A stretch of 64,000 nucleotides of DNA from Laetmonice hystrix. Lineage: Eukaryota. This document shows, in pieces, positions 14,463 to 26,280 of this stretch. Made by a program: the position numbers and the translations under genes. The notes beneath the pieces were generated by a model. It had not been told where the DNA came from, searched no databases, and saw nothing but the letters and a program-made list of their open reading frames with translations. Location of the stretch: contig OZ249436.1 in the NCBI GenBank assembly GCA_965235115.1, forward strand, positions 46,378,001 through 46,442,000. The letters are read 5' to 3'. Each line of letters begins with the position of its first letter. Positions within the stretch are counted from its first letter, which is position 1.

Positions 14463-15428
14463 CAGATCATGTTCAGAGTAAAGGACACAGTTATAGGTAG
14501 TGTACAGTGTATGTTCAGAGTAAAGGACACAGCTATAGGTAGTGTACAGTGTGTACAGTGTGTACAGATCATGTTCAGAGTAAAGGACACAGCTATAGGT
14601 AGTGTACAGTGTGTACAGATCATGTTCAGAGTAAAGGACACAGCTATAGGTAGTGTACAGTGTGTACAGTGTGTACAGATCATGTTCAGAGTAAAGGACA
14701 CAGCTATAGGTAGTGTACAGTGTGTACAGTGTGTACAGATCATGTTCAGAGTAAAGGACACAGCTATAGGTAGTGTACAGTGTGTACAGTGTGTACAGAT
14801 CATGTTCAGAGTAAAGGACACAGCTATAGGTAGTGTACAGTGTGTACAGTGTGTACAGATCATGTTCAGAGTAAAGGACACAGCTATAGATAGTGTACAG
14901 TGTGTACAGATCATGTTCAGAGTAAAGGACACAGCTATAGGTAGTGTACAGTGTGTACAGATCATGTTCAGAGTAAAGGATACAGCTATAGGTAGTGTAC
15001 AGTGTGTACAGATCATGTTCAGAGTAAAGGACACAGTTATAGGTAGTGTACAGTGTGTACAGTGTGTACAGATCATGTTCAGAGTAAAGAACACAGCTAG
15101 GAAGTGTACAGTGTTTACAGATCATGTCAAGAGTAAAGGACACAGCTATAGGTAGTGTACAGTGTGTACAGATCATGTTCAGAGTAAAGGACGCAGTTAT
15201 AGATAGTGTACAGTGTGTACAGTGTGTACAGATCATGTTCAGAGTAAAGAACACAGCTAGGAAGTGTACAGTGTTTACAGATCATGTCAAGAGTAAAGGA
15301 CACAGCTGTAGGTAGTGTACAGTGTGTACAGTGTGTACAGATCATGTTAAGAGAAACCCCACAGCTGTAGGTAGTTTACAGGGTGTACAGATCATGTTCA
15401 GAGTAAAGAGCTATAGATAGTTTACAGT
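14463..15428. repeat. Nested minisatellite with mainly 51/60-bp units and a variable 9-bp subrepeat
   Basis: Core AGATCATGTTCAGAGTAAAGGACACAGCTATAGGTA plus a variable number of GTGTACAGT copies. Confidence 0.97.
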
Positions 15429-15641
15429 GTGCTCCTCGAGAGTGAATCCCCCACGACACATACACCCCATGGCGCCCGATATCACAGATATTCCAAGGTG
15501 TCCGTTATTCTACGCTCAGTTTTCCCTCAGAATTACCAGACATTTTCCAAAGTTCTATACAGAAACACCTTCACACTCTCTTCCCTCTTGTTGTATGTCC
15601 GTAGTTATTGAACTTGATCCCCAGGGGACCCATTGAAGTAG

Positions 15642-16020
15642 ATCCTCAGGGGTGGTCGTCCACCCCTCGGACCCATGGAACTATATCCTCAGGGGTGGTC
15701 GTCCACCCCTCGGACCCATGGAACTATATCCTCAGGGGTGGTCGTCTACCCCTCGAACCCATGGAACTATATCCTCAGGGGTGGTCGTCCACCGCTCGGA
15801 CCCATGGAACTATATCCCCAGGGGTGGTCGTCCACCCCTCGGACCCATGGAACTATATCCCCAGGGGTGGTCGTCCACCCCTCGGACCCATGGAACTATA
15901 TCCTCAGGGGTGGTCGTCCACCCCTCGGACCCATGGAACTATATCCTCAGGGGTGGTCGTCCACCCCTCGGACCCATGGAACTATATCCTCAGGGGTGGT
16001 CGTCCACCCCTCGGACCCAT
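15642..16020. repeat. Minisatellite, 43-bp unit with an internal 8-bp hairpin, about 9 copies
   Basis: Unit GAACTATATCCTCAGGGGTGGTCGTCCACCCCTCGGACCCATG. Confidence 0.97.
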
Positions 16021-17170
16021 TGACATGTACATAACTAATTGACCACTTCACGTTATTGAAATATTAGTTTTAGTGCGTCTCCATTATTTCATGTGTCAAA
16101 CCCTTTGTGATATCCCCTAACATGGGTGGACTACATACGGTATTAGGGCGTGTCTATCTCCATTATTTTAATGACCCTTTATGGGCCAAGACTGCATAAT
16201 ATGACAGACACCCTTTGGTAGATTAAAGAGCAAGTAAAGTAAATTCTCTATAGCCTTCGACAATGAGATATTTAAATAGGTATACGACAAAGAGAATCCT
16301 CGTATAATTTCCTCCGCCTCCATGACAACCTAGACCGCCTCCCATCTTACCCAGGAGATTACTGCTGCCAAGAAATCGATTTTAGTTTTTGTGTTTTTTG
16401 TTTTAAATGAGAAGATAAGTCATGAATACAAGTCTCTGTCTCATCATATACGTATTAGATTTTTAAAAAGGTAGCCTTCAATTAATATTATGATTTCTAC
16501 CGCCTCGGTTGTTAGTAATAGAATCAGTTATGGTTGTCAGTTTTCATTTTGATCTGTAAAGCAGCTCAGGTTTCCACTGTGGCTAATTGGATCAGAGGGG
16601 CGACTGACAGCAAAATCTCGCAGACATAATCCTAAAAGAGGATTGGGAATTATACTGAGTTATCATGAGGTTGATGAGACAGGGATGTATCCGAAATTGA
16701 ATGTATTATGGTGCTGTATTGGCCGCATGGATAAGTCAATGTAGTTCTTTAAAATGACGACTTAAAACACATCAATAATCCCTACTGCACTACAGCTACG
16801 CACTTTTATCGGTTTTGTTATGTAGATAACCGAGAAGCGAGTATATTTCTGGCATAAAAACGGCCTTAAGACGCAAGGAATAAAGAGGTTTTTTTGAAGG
16901 CATAGTTGTCAGCAGACGTCAGTGCTTGCGAGACAAACGTATATTTTTGTATTGATTATTGTAAGCGGCGAATACGGTTTTCTCGTCGGTCAAACTGCAG
17001 CATGGATGGCTTTGTTGCAGCTGTCTAGATGATTCATGTTATGGTATTCAATGTCTGTAGCGTTCTTTGGTTATAAAAGGGTGATTTACATTCTTGCCCG
17101 TCTGGGATATTCGTGATTCCTGTCCTGTTATTCTTAACCCAGGCGAGACAAATATCAGGTAGCAGGAATT

Positions 17171-17553
17171 TAGATACGATTACATAATTGTTTGTGTTAG
17201 TTAGGTTTATATGCAGCTATTGATCGATGCTGTTAGAGGGGAAGTTAGATACACTTACATGTTGGTGTTAGTTAGGTTTATATGCAGCTATTGATCGATA
17301 CTGTTAGAGGGGAAGTTAGATACACTTACATGTTGGTGTTAGTTAGGTTTATATGCAGCTATTGATCGATACTGTTAAAGGGGAAGTTAGATATACTTAC
17401 ATAATTGTTTGTGTTAGTTAGGTTTATATGCAGCTATTGATCGATACTGTTAAAGGGGAAGTTAGATACACTTACATAATTGTTTGTGTTAGTTAGGTTT
17501 ATATGCAGCTATTGATCGATACTGTTAAAGGGGAAGTTAGAGAGTTTACATAA
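17171..17553. repeat. Minisatellite with 71/75-bp units; its last unit is split by a transposon and resumes at 19401-19463
   Basis: GCAGCTATTGATCGAT recurs at 17213, 17284, 17355, 17430 and 17505, and again at about 19431. Confidence 0.95.
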
Positions 17554-19400
17554 GGGTCATTCCATGTCAAATCGACCAATTTTGGAAAATCTTCCCGGGT
17601 GACCATCTTCGATTTCTTTCAAATTTGGCATGCAGTTAGACCTGTGTATGTGCAGTACAATCCTAAAATTTTGCTCCAAAATACGCAACGGTCTCCGAGT
17701 TACACCCCGATAAGCGAGGGTGGGGGTACCCCTGAACAAAGCACGTTTAATTCTGAGCCATTTTTAGAGGGCTATCATTCAGAAACTGTAAGAGCTGGCA
17801 ACTTGTATTTTTCCCCACTGAAACTTCAATATGTAGAGACCAGGAAAAAGCAATAACATTTTATTTCTTTGCTTATTCCTTGGAACACCATGCCCCCCAA
17901 AATAGAAAAAAACAGATCGGAGAAAAAAAAGTTCAATATTCAAACATTTTTCATGCGAAGGTTATTTCTTGTAACTTCTTGATTTTGGGGGATTTGATTT
18001 ATGGCTATATGAGGTGCATGTAGACACCAAAATAATCTTCCAAAAATAGACACAGGTGGCGCCACTAGTGGCCAAAGTTGGCCTATCGCTAAATATGACC
18101 CATTTTGAGAGGCCATTTTACCTATGTGGCCAAGGTGGAAGAGCGTTGGGATATTTTTTCCTTGATAGTGCACATTTTTGCCATTAAGAAAAACTAAGTC
18201 CCTAATCCCTTCCATACTTCCTTCCCTGTGAAATAGTTTTTCAAATAATATCCATTTGAGTAAAGTTCACGCTGTGACGGGATATGAGGTACGTTGTTTT
18301 TATATCATAAAATTTTTATTATTTGCCAAAGAATTCTTGAAAGTGGTAAATATCCTAAACTGTTGGTCTTTTGTAGATTTTTGTCTTTAAATTAATTAGT
18401 TAATTAATTAATTATAAATAAATTTATAAATTTATTTTAATTAATTAATTTAATTAATTAATTAAATTATTGATTTAATAACTTAAAATCATAAAATATA
18501 ATAATATAAAATAAAATATAAAAATAAATTATAAATTTATTTTATAATTAATTAATTACTTTAATAATTAATTTAAATACAAAAATCTTCAAAAGACCAA
18601 CAGTTTAAGCTATTTACCACTTTCAAGAATTCTGTGGCAAATAATAAAAATTTTATGATATAAAAACAATGTACCTTGTATCTCGTCACAGCGTAAACTT
18701 TACTAAAATGGATATTATTTGAAAAACTATTTCACAGAGAAGGAAGTATGGAAGGGATTAGCGACTTAGTTTTCTTTAATGTCCAAAATGTGCTTTATCA
18801 AGGAAAAAATATCACAATGCTCTTCCACCTTGGCAACATAGGTAAAATGGCCCCTCAAAATGGGTCATATTTAGCGATCGGCCAACTTTGACCACTAGTG
18901 GCGCCACCTGTGTCTATTTTTAGAAGATTATTTTGGTGTTTGCATGCACCTCATATAACCATAAATCAAATCCCCAAAGATCAAGAAGTTACAAGAAGGA
19001 ACTTTTGCATGAAAAATGTTTGAATATTGAATTTTTTTTTCTCCGATGTGTTTTTTTCTATTTTGGGGGGCATGGTACCCCAAGGAATAAGCAGAGAATT
19101 AAAATGTTATTACTTTTTCCTGGTCTCTACATATTAAAGTTTCAGTGGGCAAAAATACAAGTTGCCAGCTCTTATAATTTCTGAATGGCAGCTCTCTAAA
19201 AACGGCTCAGAAAAAGAAGCGTTTTTTTCAGGGGTACCCCCACCCAAACTCATGGGGGTATAACATGGGAACTGTTGGGAATTTGGAAGAAAAATTTCAG
19301 AAATGTACTTCAGATATGTAGATCTAACTACATGCCAAATAAGAAAAAAATTGGAGATGGTCACCCGGGAGCCACTGGTCGATTTGACATGGAATGACCC
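17554..19400. mobile_element. 1,847-bp non-autonomous foldback DNA transposon, Sola2-like
   Basis: Ends GGGTCATTCCATGTCAAATCGACCA ... TGGTCGATTTGACATGGAATGACCC. Imperfect inverted arms of about 880 bp surround an AT-rich centre. 4-bp TSD ATAA at 17550-17553 and 19401-19404. No transposase. The superfamily call rests on GRG..CYC ends, the 4-bp TSD and the long TIRs, and is less certain than the structure itself. Confidence 0.9.
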
Positions 19401-22400
19401 ATAATTGTTTGTATTATTTAGGTTTATATACAGCTATTGATCGATACTGTTAAAGGGGAAGTTCCTAATACGTTCAGTGTATGAGGGTTTGCGGTACTAA
19501 AATACAGTCAACAGATCGCTCCCCTCGTGGCAAGGAATCATGTCAACTATTTCATATAGCCTACATTGGAGAAATTGGTGAGAGCATTGGTTCAATAGTG
19601 TATGATAATTATGTTCCATAGCTCTGCACTTGCCTGATTGGCCGCCATACGTGAAAACCAGAAAATCTGGAATCTTTTCTTGGACCCCCCCCCCCCCACC
19701 TTCGAGATAGATTTTTAGCCGGAGTTCTCCGGAGTAAACAAACCATGGTGCAAAGATTTTGATGAGGTAAGCATAAAACCCGTAACGCTCAACCAAGTTG
19801 ACATGATTCCTTTAAGTGAACTGTTTAACTGCCTCGTACAAATAAAGAGAAAAGGTCGACATTTAATTTTTAAAGTGGCAAAGTGTTTCTGCAAACTTTA
19901 CAGCACATTACACATTCTATGGCCAAACATAACGCAGAGAATTCTATGATGGTAACATTAATTCTTCCTGGCCGATAGAGTAATTGTGCACACGGATTAT
20001 TGACGACAAGACCACTTTAAATGGCCTTTTCATGCACCTGACAGGTGTACAGAAAAAACCTAGTATTACAAACAAGTTTTGGCCAAACATGGCGACGAAA
20101 CCTGGCACCTAGCCGCCATTTATTATGTCAATAGGGTCGGAGAGTTGTTCTCTCTCCTGCAGTCGGCCAGTATCTTGTAACGTTTGCGTGGATTGGGTAA
20201 GACAGGGCAGACTTGTAGTATATACCCACATGATATGTTTACAGCTATGCGCAGGCGTTAACTACCGCTAGAATCGATCTTATTCAGGTAGGATAGCACT
20301 TTTTAATGAGGCGACTTAAGCAAATAAGCCGCTGTCAGTGATTTTTGTAAAGGTGCGACCAGTAAAGGTGAACGAATCAGATTTAGTCCCCCAGTATGAT
20401 AATAGTGTCATCTTCAATACAGTCAATCCATTAAAAGCCGTTTGGTTGGTGTGTGAACAATCTAACCACCAGCCAGTGGTCCTATCTCCTGTTTAAATCC
20501 TGCTGAGGCTAAATGGACAAGTTTTTGTTTCAAATTTCTATGACGTTGACTTCATACCCAGGCACATCCAGGGGGCGTTATTCATGAAGAAGGGATTTTA
20601 AGTCAGGAATGTCAGAAACCCAGTTTAATTCCCATCCAGATCTGGCTATTCTATACTGTGAGGCAATACTTTTGTCACATTCAGTTTTGCCGATGGCCAA
20701 GTAGGGAGGACTTGCCAAACATTCAGTTACGCATCTTAAAGGTGTGAAAAGCAGCGGATACTTGCCGGCGGCCTGCATTAGGCCTGGGTGTAGGGGGCGT
20801 GTGATGCCACATGTATGGGGAGAGGCCTGAGCCAATCGTTCCGTGTACTACTGGATGCGCATCGACTGTGGCCCAAACACATGTAGACGCCAGGAGGTGG
20901 AAGGCTCACACAGCCATTGCTCCCGGGGATTCGGAGGAACTGGGTTGGAAGAAACTGGGCCCTAATGGCTGTCAATACCGTAGACAGAGAAATTATGGTT
21001 TTCTCTCAGCCATCAGTACACTGTGCTGAAGCTGAGATCCACTGGGCATGAAACCCATTTCCGCTTTTGGTAAATGAAACGTCATTATGACGATTATGAC
21101 GTAAAAAAGGAGCAGACGGCTGAAATGGGAATTGTAATAATGATGGGATCCTGAAGGTGGCACTGGTGTCCTTCAGGCGATTTCAAGCAGCCTCGTAAAG
21201 TCCCAGGCTCGACTGCTAGAGCTGCCGTATTTCTAAACCTCCCCTCCCCTCACATTTACTCCTTTTTTTTTGGAAGGGGGGGGGACCTCTGAGCCATAAC
21301 CCTTACGTTTCTGAAATCCATTGACACACACGAAGTTTGTAAGCAGGATGCAGTAAATTGTCAACAAGCTTAACTTTTAAAAGAGTTTGGAATAAATAAG
21401 AACAGATAAGCCGATTAGTTGGCAAATTAAATGAAACGGGAACCAAGATGGTATGAATTTAGTTTCAAAATTGTCCTTTTTTAAGGTGTTGTACTGCATT
21501 TGATTCACATCTTTGGTTTAATAAATTACGTGATGGTTTGATAAGATGGCTTTATCACGTTGCTTTCGCTGGAACAATTTCGATAGAGAAAACATTCCCG
21601 ACTTAAAGGGGTATTTTTGTGTCCATCTTTCTTTTCTGTTGCATTAAGTCGTACGAGAGTTGTAGTGTTATTGATGACACTAATAAATAGCCTACATCAG
21701 TTATATCCGTACCGGACACTGGCATGTTGATATTGCTGGTGTATGGATTGCTCACATTAGGCTTGTTAGCCCAGTTCCCTCTCATCCGGGTATCAGTGAG
21801 GGACCGGACGACCTGGGATTGGGGACGCGGGGCGATATGTACAAAACCATAGCTCAGGGTCAGCGGGAACGACGGACTGTCATATCAACGTCATCACGCA
21901 CTAGGTCAGTGTCACTGGACCAGCGTCCACATTGTCATGGTAACGACTCTAATTGGACGGAGGCACGCCAGAGTCCAGCGTCATGGAGGACATTGATAAA
22001 CTCCGAGAGGACCATTACTTGACCACTGACAGTCCGGGCCTCGCAATCCCGACATTCACCCACTTCCGGGTCACTGAGGGTCAAGGAATTAGATCTGTCT
22101 TTAAGATGTATCGTGGAGAAAATAGACACATCCATTATAGCGTTTCGATGATGCTACACCTAATTACAGTCAGATCATTTGTCAGAGGGAATATATCTTT
22201 TGGTCCCTTTAATAAACAGTTTATCCAGAAACTAAATGATTTAGAAGGGTTTTTGCCAATATTAAGTGCGTTCGGTTGTTTAAAAGTAGATTTGTGAATC
22301 TAGGGGGTGAGAATTGTAAGCCATGGCCACTCCTGCCAAGAGGAGGGAGAAATACAGAACGGGCAAGAATGATTTTTTAAACAAGTAAAGCTCTCCCCAG

Positions 22401-25400
22401 CATTACAAAGACTCTGTATATTCAGATTACATGCCTATATCTTGATGTCCTTGTACGTTGTTCAGAAAGAACCGGCTAGTTTCGTGTCTACAAAACGCTC
22501 TCACTGATAGTTGTGTACTGTGTATGACTTCTCCTGATTCGTATAGTGTGTGAAGTCGCCAGCGGACTTAGTAAATGGTGTAGAGATCCTCAGTGAGCCG
22601 GGCAGGAGGGATAGTTAGTCGTGAGACAGACGCGGAGTTGGCAGATATTTGATAGAACCCACATACGACAGGGGAAACTTAAATTGGTGGCGTCACCTGA
22701 CGCCTATAGACCCTCATCCTGGCCGCCACTATCGCATCGAGTCTGGAGAACGAACAGGCAGGAGCAGATCGTGGGAAATTTATGAAGGGCATTGGTGTCA
22801 GACTTGTCTGACAATCAGACAGGGGCCAAGTATATGCGTGGTGATAGAGTACCACACTCTGTTTAGGAAAAAAACTGCCGGGTAGAGAAAGCAGTAATTG
22901 TGGCTAATAAAAATAAGTGTGACATTGAATTTGAAAGTTCGTCTGGTTTTGAGGAAACTTTAGTGGACATCACTGTTCAGAGAACCTGACGAGGTGTTGC
23001 CTTGGCAATGTAGAGAATTTCTTAAGTGTGAGAGTTCATTTGTCCAACGTCAATGAAAGACAAAATCCTAGGTCTCATGGATTACTAGAAGACATGTGGA
23101 TCATTCGTTTGTCTTCCAAGGACCAGTAGCCCTCCACCATACTGAAGGATAGTGGTAGGTTTAGGAAAGGAAGCAGCTATCCTCCTGGGTCAAGACATCC
23201 CGTACATCTGTTGGTCTTTGGGCAACAGGTCAGGTCCTGATAATGGATGGGCAGGCGGCGTGCAGTTTGACCCTGGTCAAGCTGACCATTCTGGCGGTGG
23301 AAGGTCAAGCCATCCATACCGACTGACCGCTGGTCAAACCCTGTTAGCGCGACAGACGGTACTCCCGGGCAGTCTCCCTCAAACCACATTGACAAACATG
23401 GCGGGTGGGGCCCATTGTCGCCACAAATCGATCCTGAAGTCGACCGAGGCATGCAGCCACACATACCTCTGCCCATTGTCAGTGGGGATACTGTTAACTT
23501 AGGCCCTACTGCACTAAATAGTTTGTTTTACACACACACACAAATTGATGAGGTCAGCCAAGGAGGAGCTGAAAAAATACAAGATAGAGGAGCTGAAAAA
23601 ATACAAGATAAGGCAATTGAGTTTCTCCTATTTGTCTTATTACCAATTCAAGATACATGGGGTTAATGAGATTAAAATAATGTGCTCTAGTCGCGATTAA
23701 ATAAGTTGTGAATAGAATATCTGCTGTATTCCCCAGTCAAAATAAATGTCTTCCTGAAATCCCACCACCACCACCCAATTATTTAAAGACATTCAGTTTG
23801 CGGGCACGGAAGCCAAACTTTCCCTTACATATGGCCTTGCCCATTAGGTCCCCTTTCTAAAGTACAGTGTTGTCCATATTCAGTCTCTGACAGTACGCCC
23901 AGGGTCGATGTCTTCAGAAAGAGTAGCTGATTTTCTATGGTAGCGGGATATGGACCCTGTGTTTGATTTTGTGAGGGGATCCATTTATAATGTTAACACA
24001 GGCTCTCGACAGGAGAAGGTCCCAGAGATGTTTGGCAGAGAGGACGACAGTGAACAGGGTTAACATGGGTCAGAGATGTTTGCATGCTCGCGTGGGTAAT
24101 GGGTGTGAATTTCAAGCTGAAATACATCCTTTACATTTTTTCTATCTCTTTTATTTATGTTTCAACACGGTGGCAGCCAACAGTGGTTAGTGGAAGGTCT
24201 CGGGAGGCTACTTTTTTTTTAAACGAAGGACACTCAAGCAGAACCTTGGTTGACAGGAATGTTCTCACTTGGGGAGGATGAGTGGCGGGACCATAATGTA
24301 CTATTATTTCCTGTGAACGTTCCTGCCCGACCATAGTGGATGAAGTTTGCCTGATTACTTACTCTCCATGTGTTTTGAGATCAGCTGTACGCTGCTGTTC
24401 TCAGTTAGCAAACCGGTAATAGGAAACTATATGAAGGCTAGCCAGGGTGCCAGGGTGTCGGGGAGAAGGTTCTCTACAATCAGCTTGGTGAGGATCAAAT
24501 AAATGGTCAGTTAATTTACACAGCAATAGAATACCCTGATCCATGCGACGCCAGTACCTTTGAATCGTCCCGCATGACGGTAAGGGTTGTGGGAATATTA
24601 TAAGCGTCAGGTTTCCGCGTTTATTAGCAGTGGGCTGTGTGGGTGGTGACCTCAGCGGTGACCTTGTGGTCAGTGATGGTGTCACTGGGGTTATGCCAAG
24701 ATGAAGATCGATAGTCTATGATGGGCACTTCTCAGGTCACGTGACACGTCATCGCTTTACCACTGGGTCCAATCCTCGTCATACGTCCGGGGTAAAAAGC
24801 CGCTAATTAACAACCAGAAATATGGCGTCCCTTTACCTGCCAGTCGTCACCTGGCCCAGGGGTCACGCTCCAGGAACCAGGGGTCAAAGGTGAAATGGAC
24901 CAGCCTGATAGAGGTCATTGAAGGTCATAAGTAATGAACGTTTGGACGGCGATGACCGACGGCAGGCTGGGAAAGGGGGAGGCAATATCGGCAGGAAAAT
25001 GTAAATACGGCTTGTGTGGTGTAGCATCTGTCGGCACGGAGGCAAGCACAGCTGGACGAAATGGCAACGCAGGCAATTTTTAATCCACAGTGACAAACGT
25101 GTGGCAGAGAAGACAATTTGTTTTCCTCCCACTTGTCAATCAATACATACCTGTGATAGGTTTAATCAGCTGAGCTGTTCAAACAGTAGCAAAGTCCGTC
25201 CAGCAGACAGACAGTCACTCTGCTTCTGTTCGACTTAACCAACATACATGCACAGAACCTCGTTTTTTATCGAAAAAGTAAAAAGCACACAAATATTCAC
25301 ATGTATGCAGGTGTTTCAGTGTGTGGCATGATTCATGTTTCTGTCTGCAAATATAAAACATCTCAATGAGGAAAAGTGTGTCAAATGTGTCCTCGGGATA

Positions 25401-26072
25401 GGGGTTCTTTCTGTCTCCATGCTATTGGTGATATCATTGGGATTTTACGAGGCTGTAGCCTCATATATTTAGTAGTAGATTTAGCTGATGACAGCTTGGG
25501 TAGCCATGGACATACACACGAACCAACATCTCTTGTCTACTCGTCATACAGAGAACAGTCTAATCAGGCCCACGTGGTAGTCGTATATCAGTTGTGACTT
25601 CTCCAAACGTTGTCATGTGTTCATGTTTTGGTGTTGAACCGTTTGATGTAGGCTGAGGCTGAGATAGAGCGGTCGAGTCTGATCGAAATCTTGGCGGCAT
25701 TTCCGTGAGCTTACCCGCACTGAGCCAGTGAAAACATGACACCACCCACGGAATGCCTTTCATGTTTCTGTCCCACTGACAATCTCATGAAAAATGTCCG
25801 GCTGGCCTTGATGTGCACATGTTGTCTTCAACCTACCGACTCTGATCTTCCTTTGTGGACATTTACTCTACAACAGTTTGTTTGTCATACCTGGCCAGAA
25901 GAAAAAGACATCCATACTCCAGAAAAAATAGATGGCGAACAGGCGTGGTAGAGCTGGTGATAAAGCTACAGGAGGTTGGCTGAAGGGTACTGAGGTGAGG
26001 AGTGTCCGAGTCATCAGTTTTGATAGATGCTGCATGAAAGCAACCAGCATGTCAGGATTGATGATCTTGGTA

Positions 26073-26280
26073 TACTGCAAATCGCTTTAATTTGGCGGCA
26101 TTAAAACTTTGTACTTTTTTCATTTCGGCTTGTGTAAGCGTTTCATATATATTGGCATTTTCTCAATGGTATCCCCGTCAAAAAGTTAAAGACGTGTAGT
26201 AAATTGGCGGTTCTTCAATTCGCGTTTTTCTAAACGCGAAAATCGCGCAATTAAATCACGCGAAATCTAGTGGATGTAGA
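26073..26280. mobile_element. Possible degenerate MITE
   Basis: Starts TACTGCAAATCGCTTTAATTTGGCG; has internal TTCGCG/CGCGAA inverted motifs; the right end is only weakly complementary. Confidence 0.3.

Noticed and set aside
14430..15345. Cys/His-rich ORFs (ICTHCTHC) resembling metal-binding proteins
   Set aside because: Artefact of the GTGTACAGT-containing tandem repeat.
15642..16020. CRISPR array
   Set aside because: The palindromic repeats have identical intervening sequence, there are no cas genes, and the context is a eukaryotic intron.
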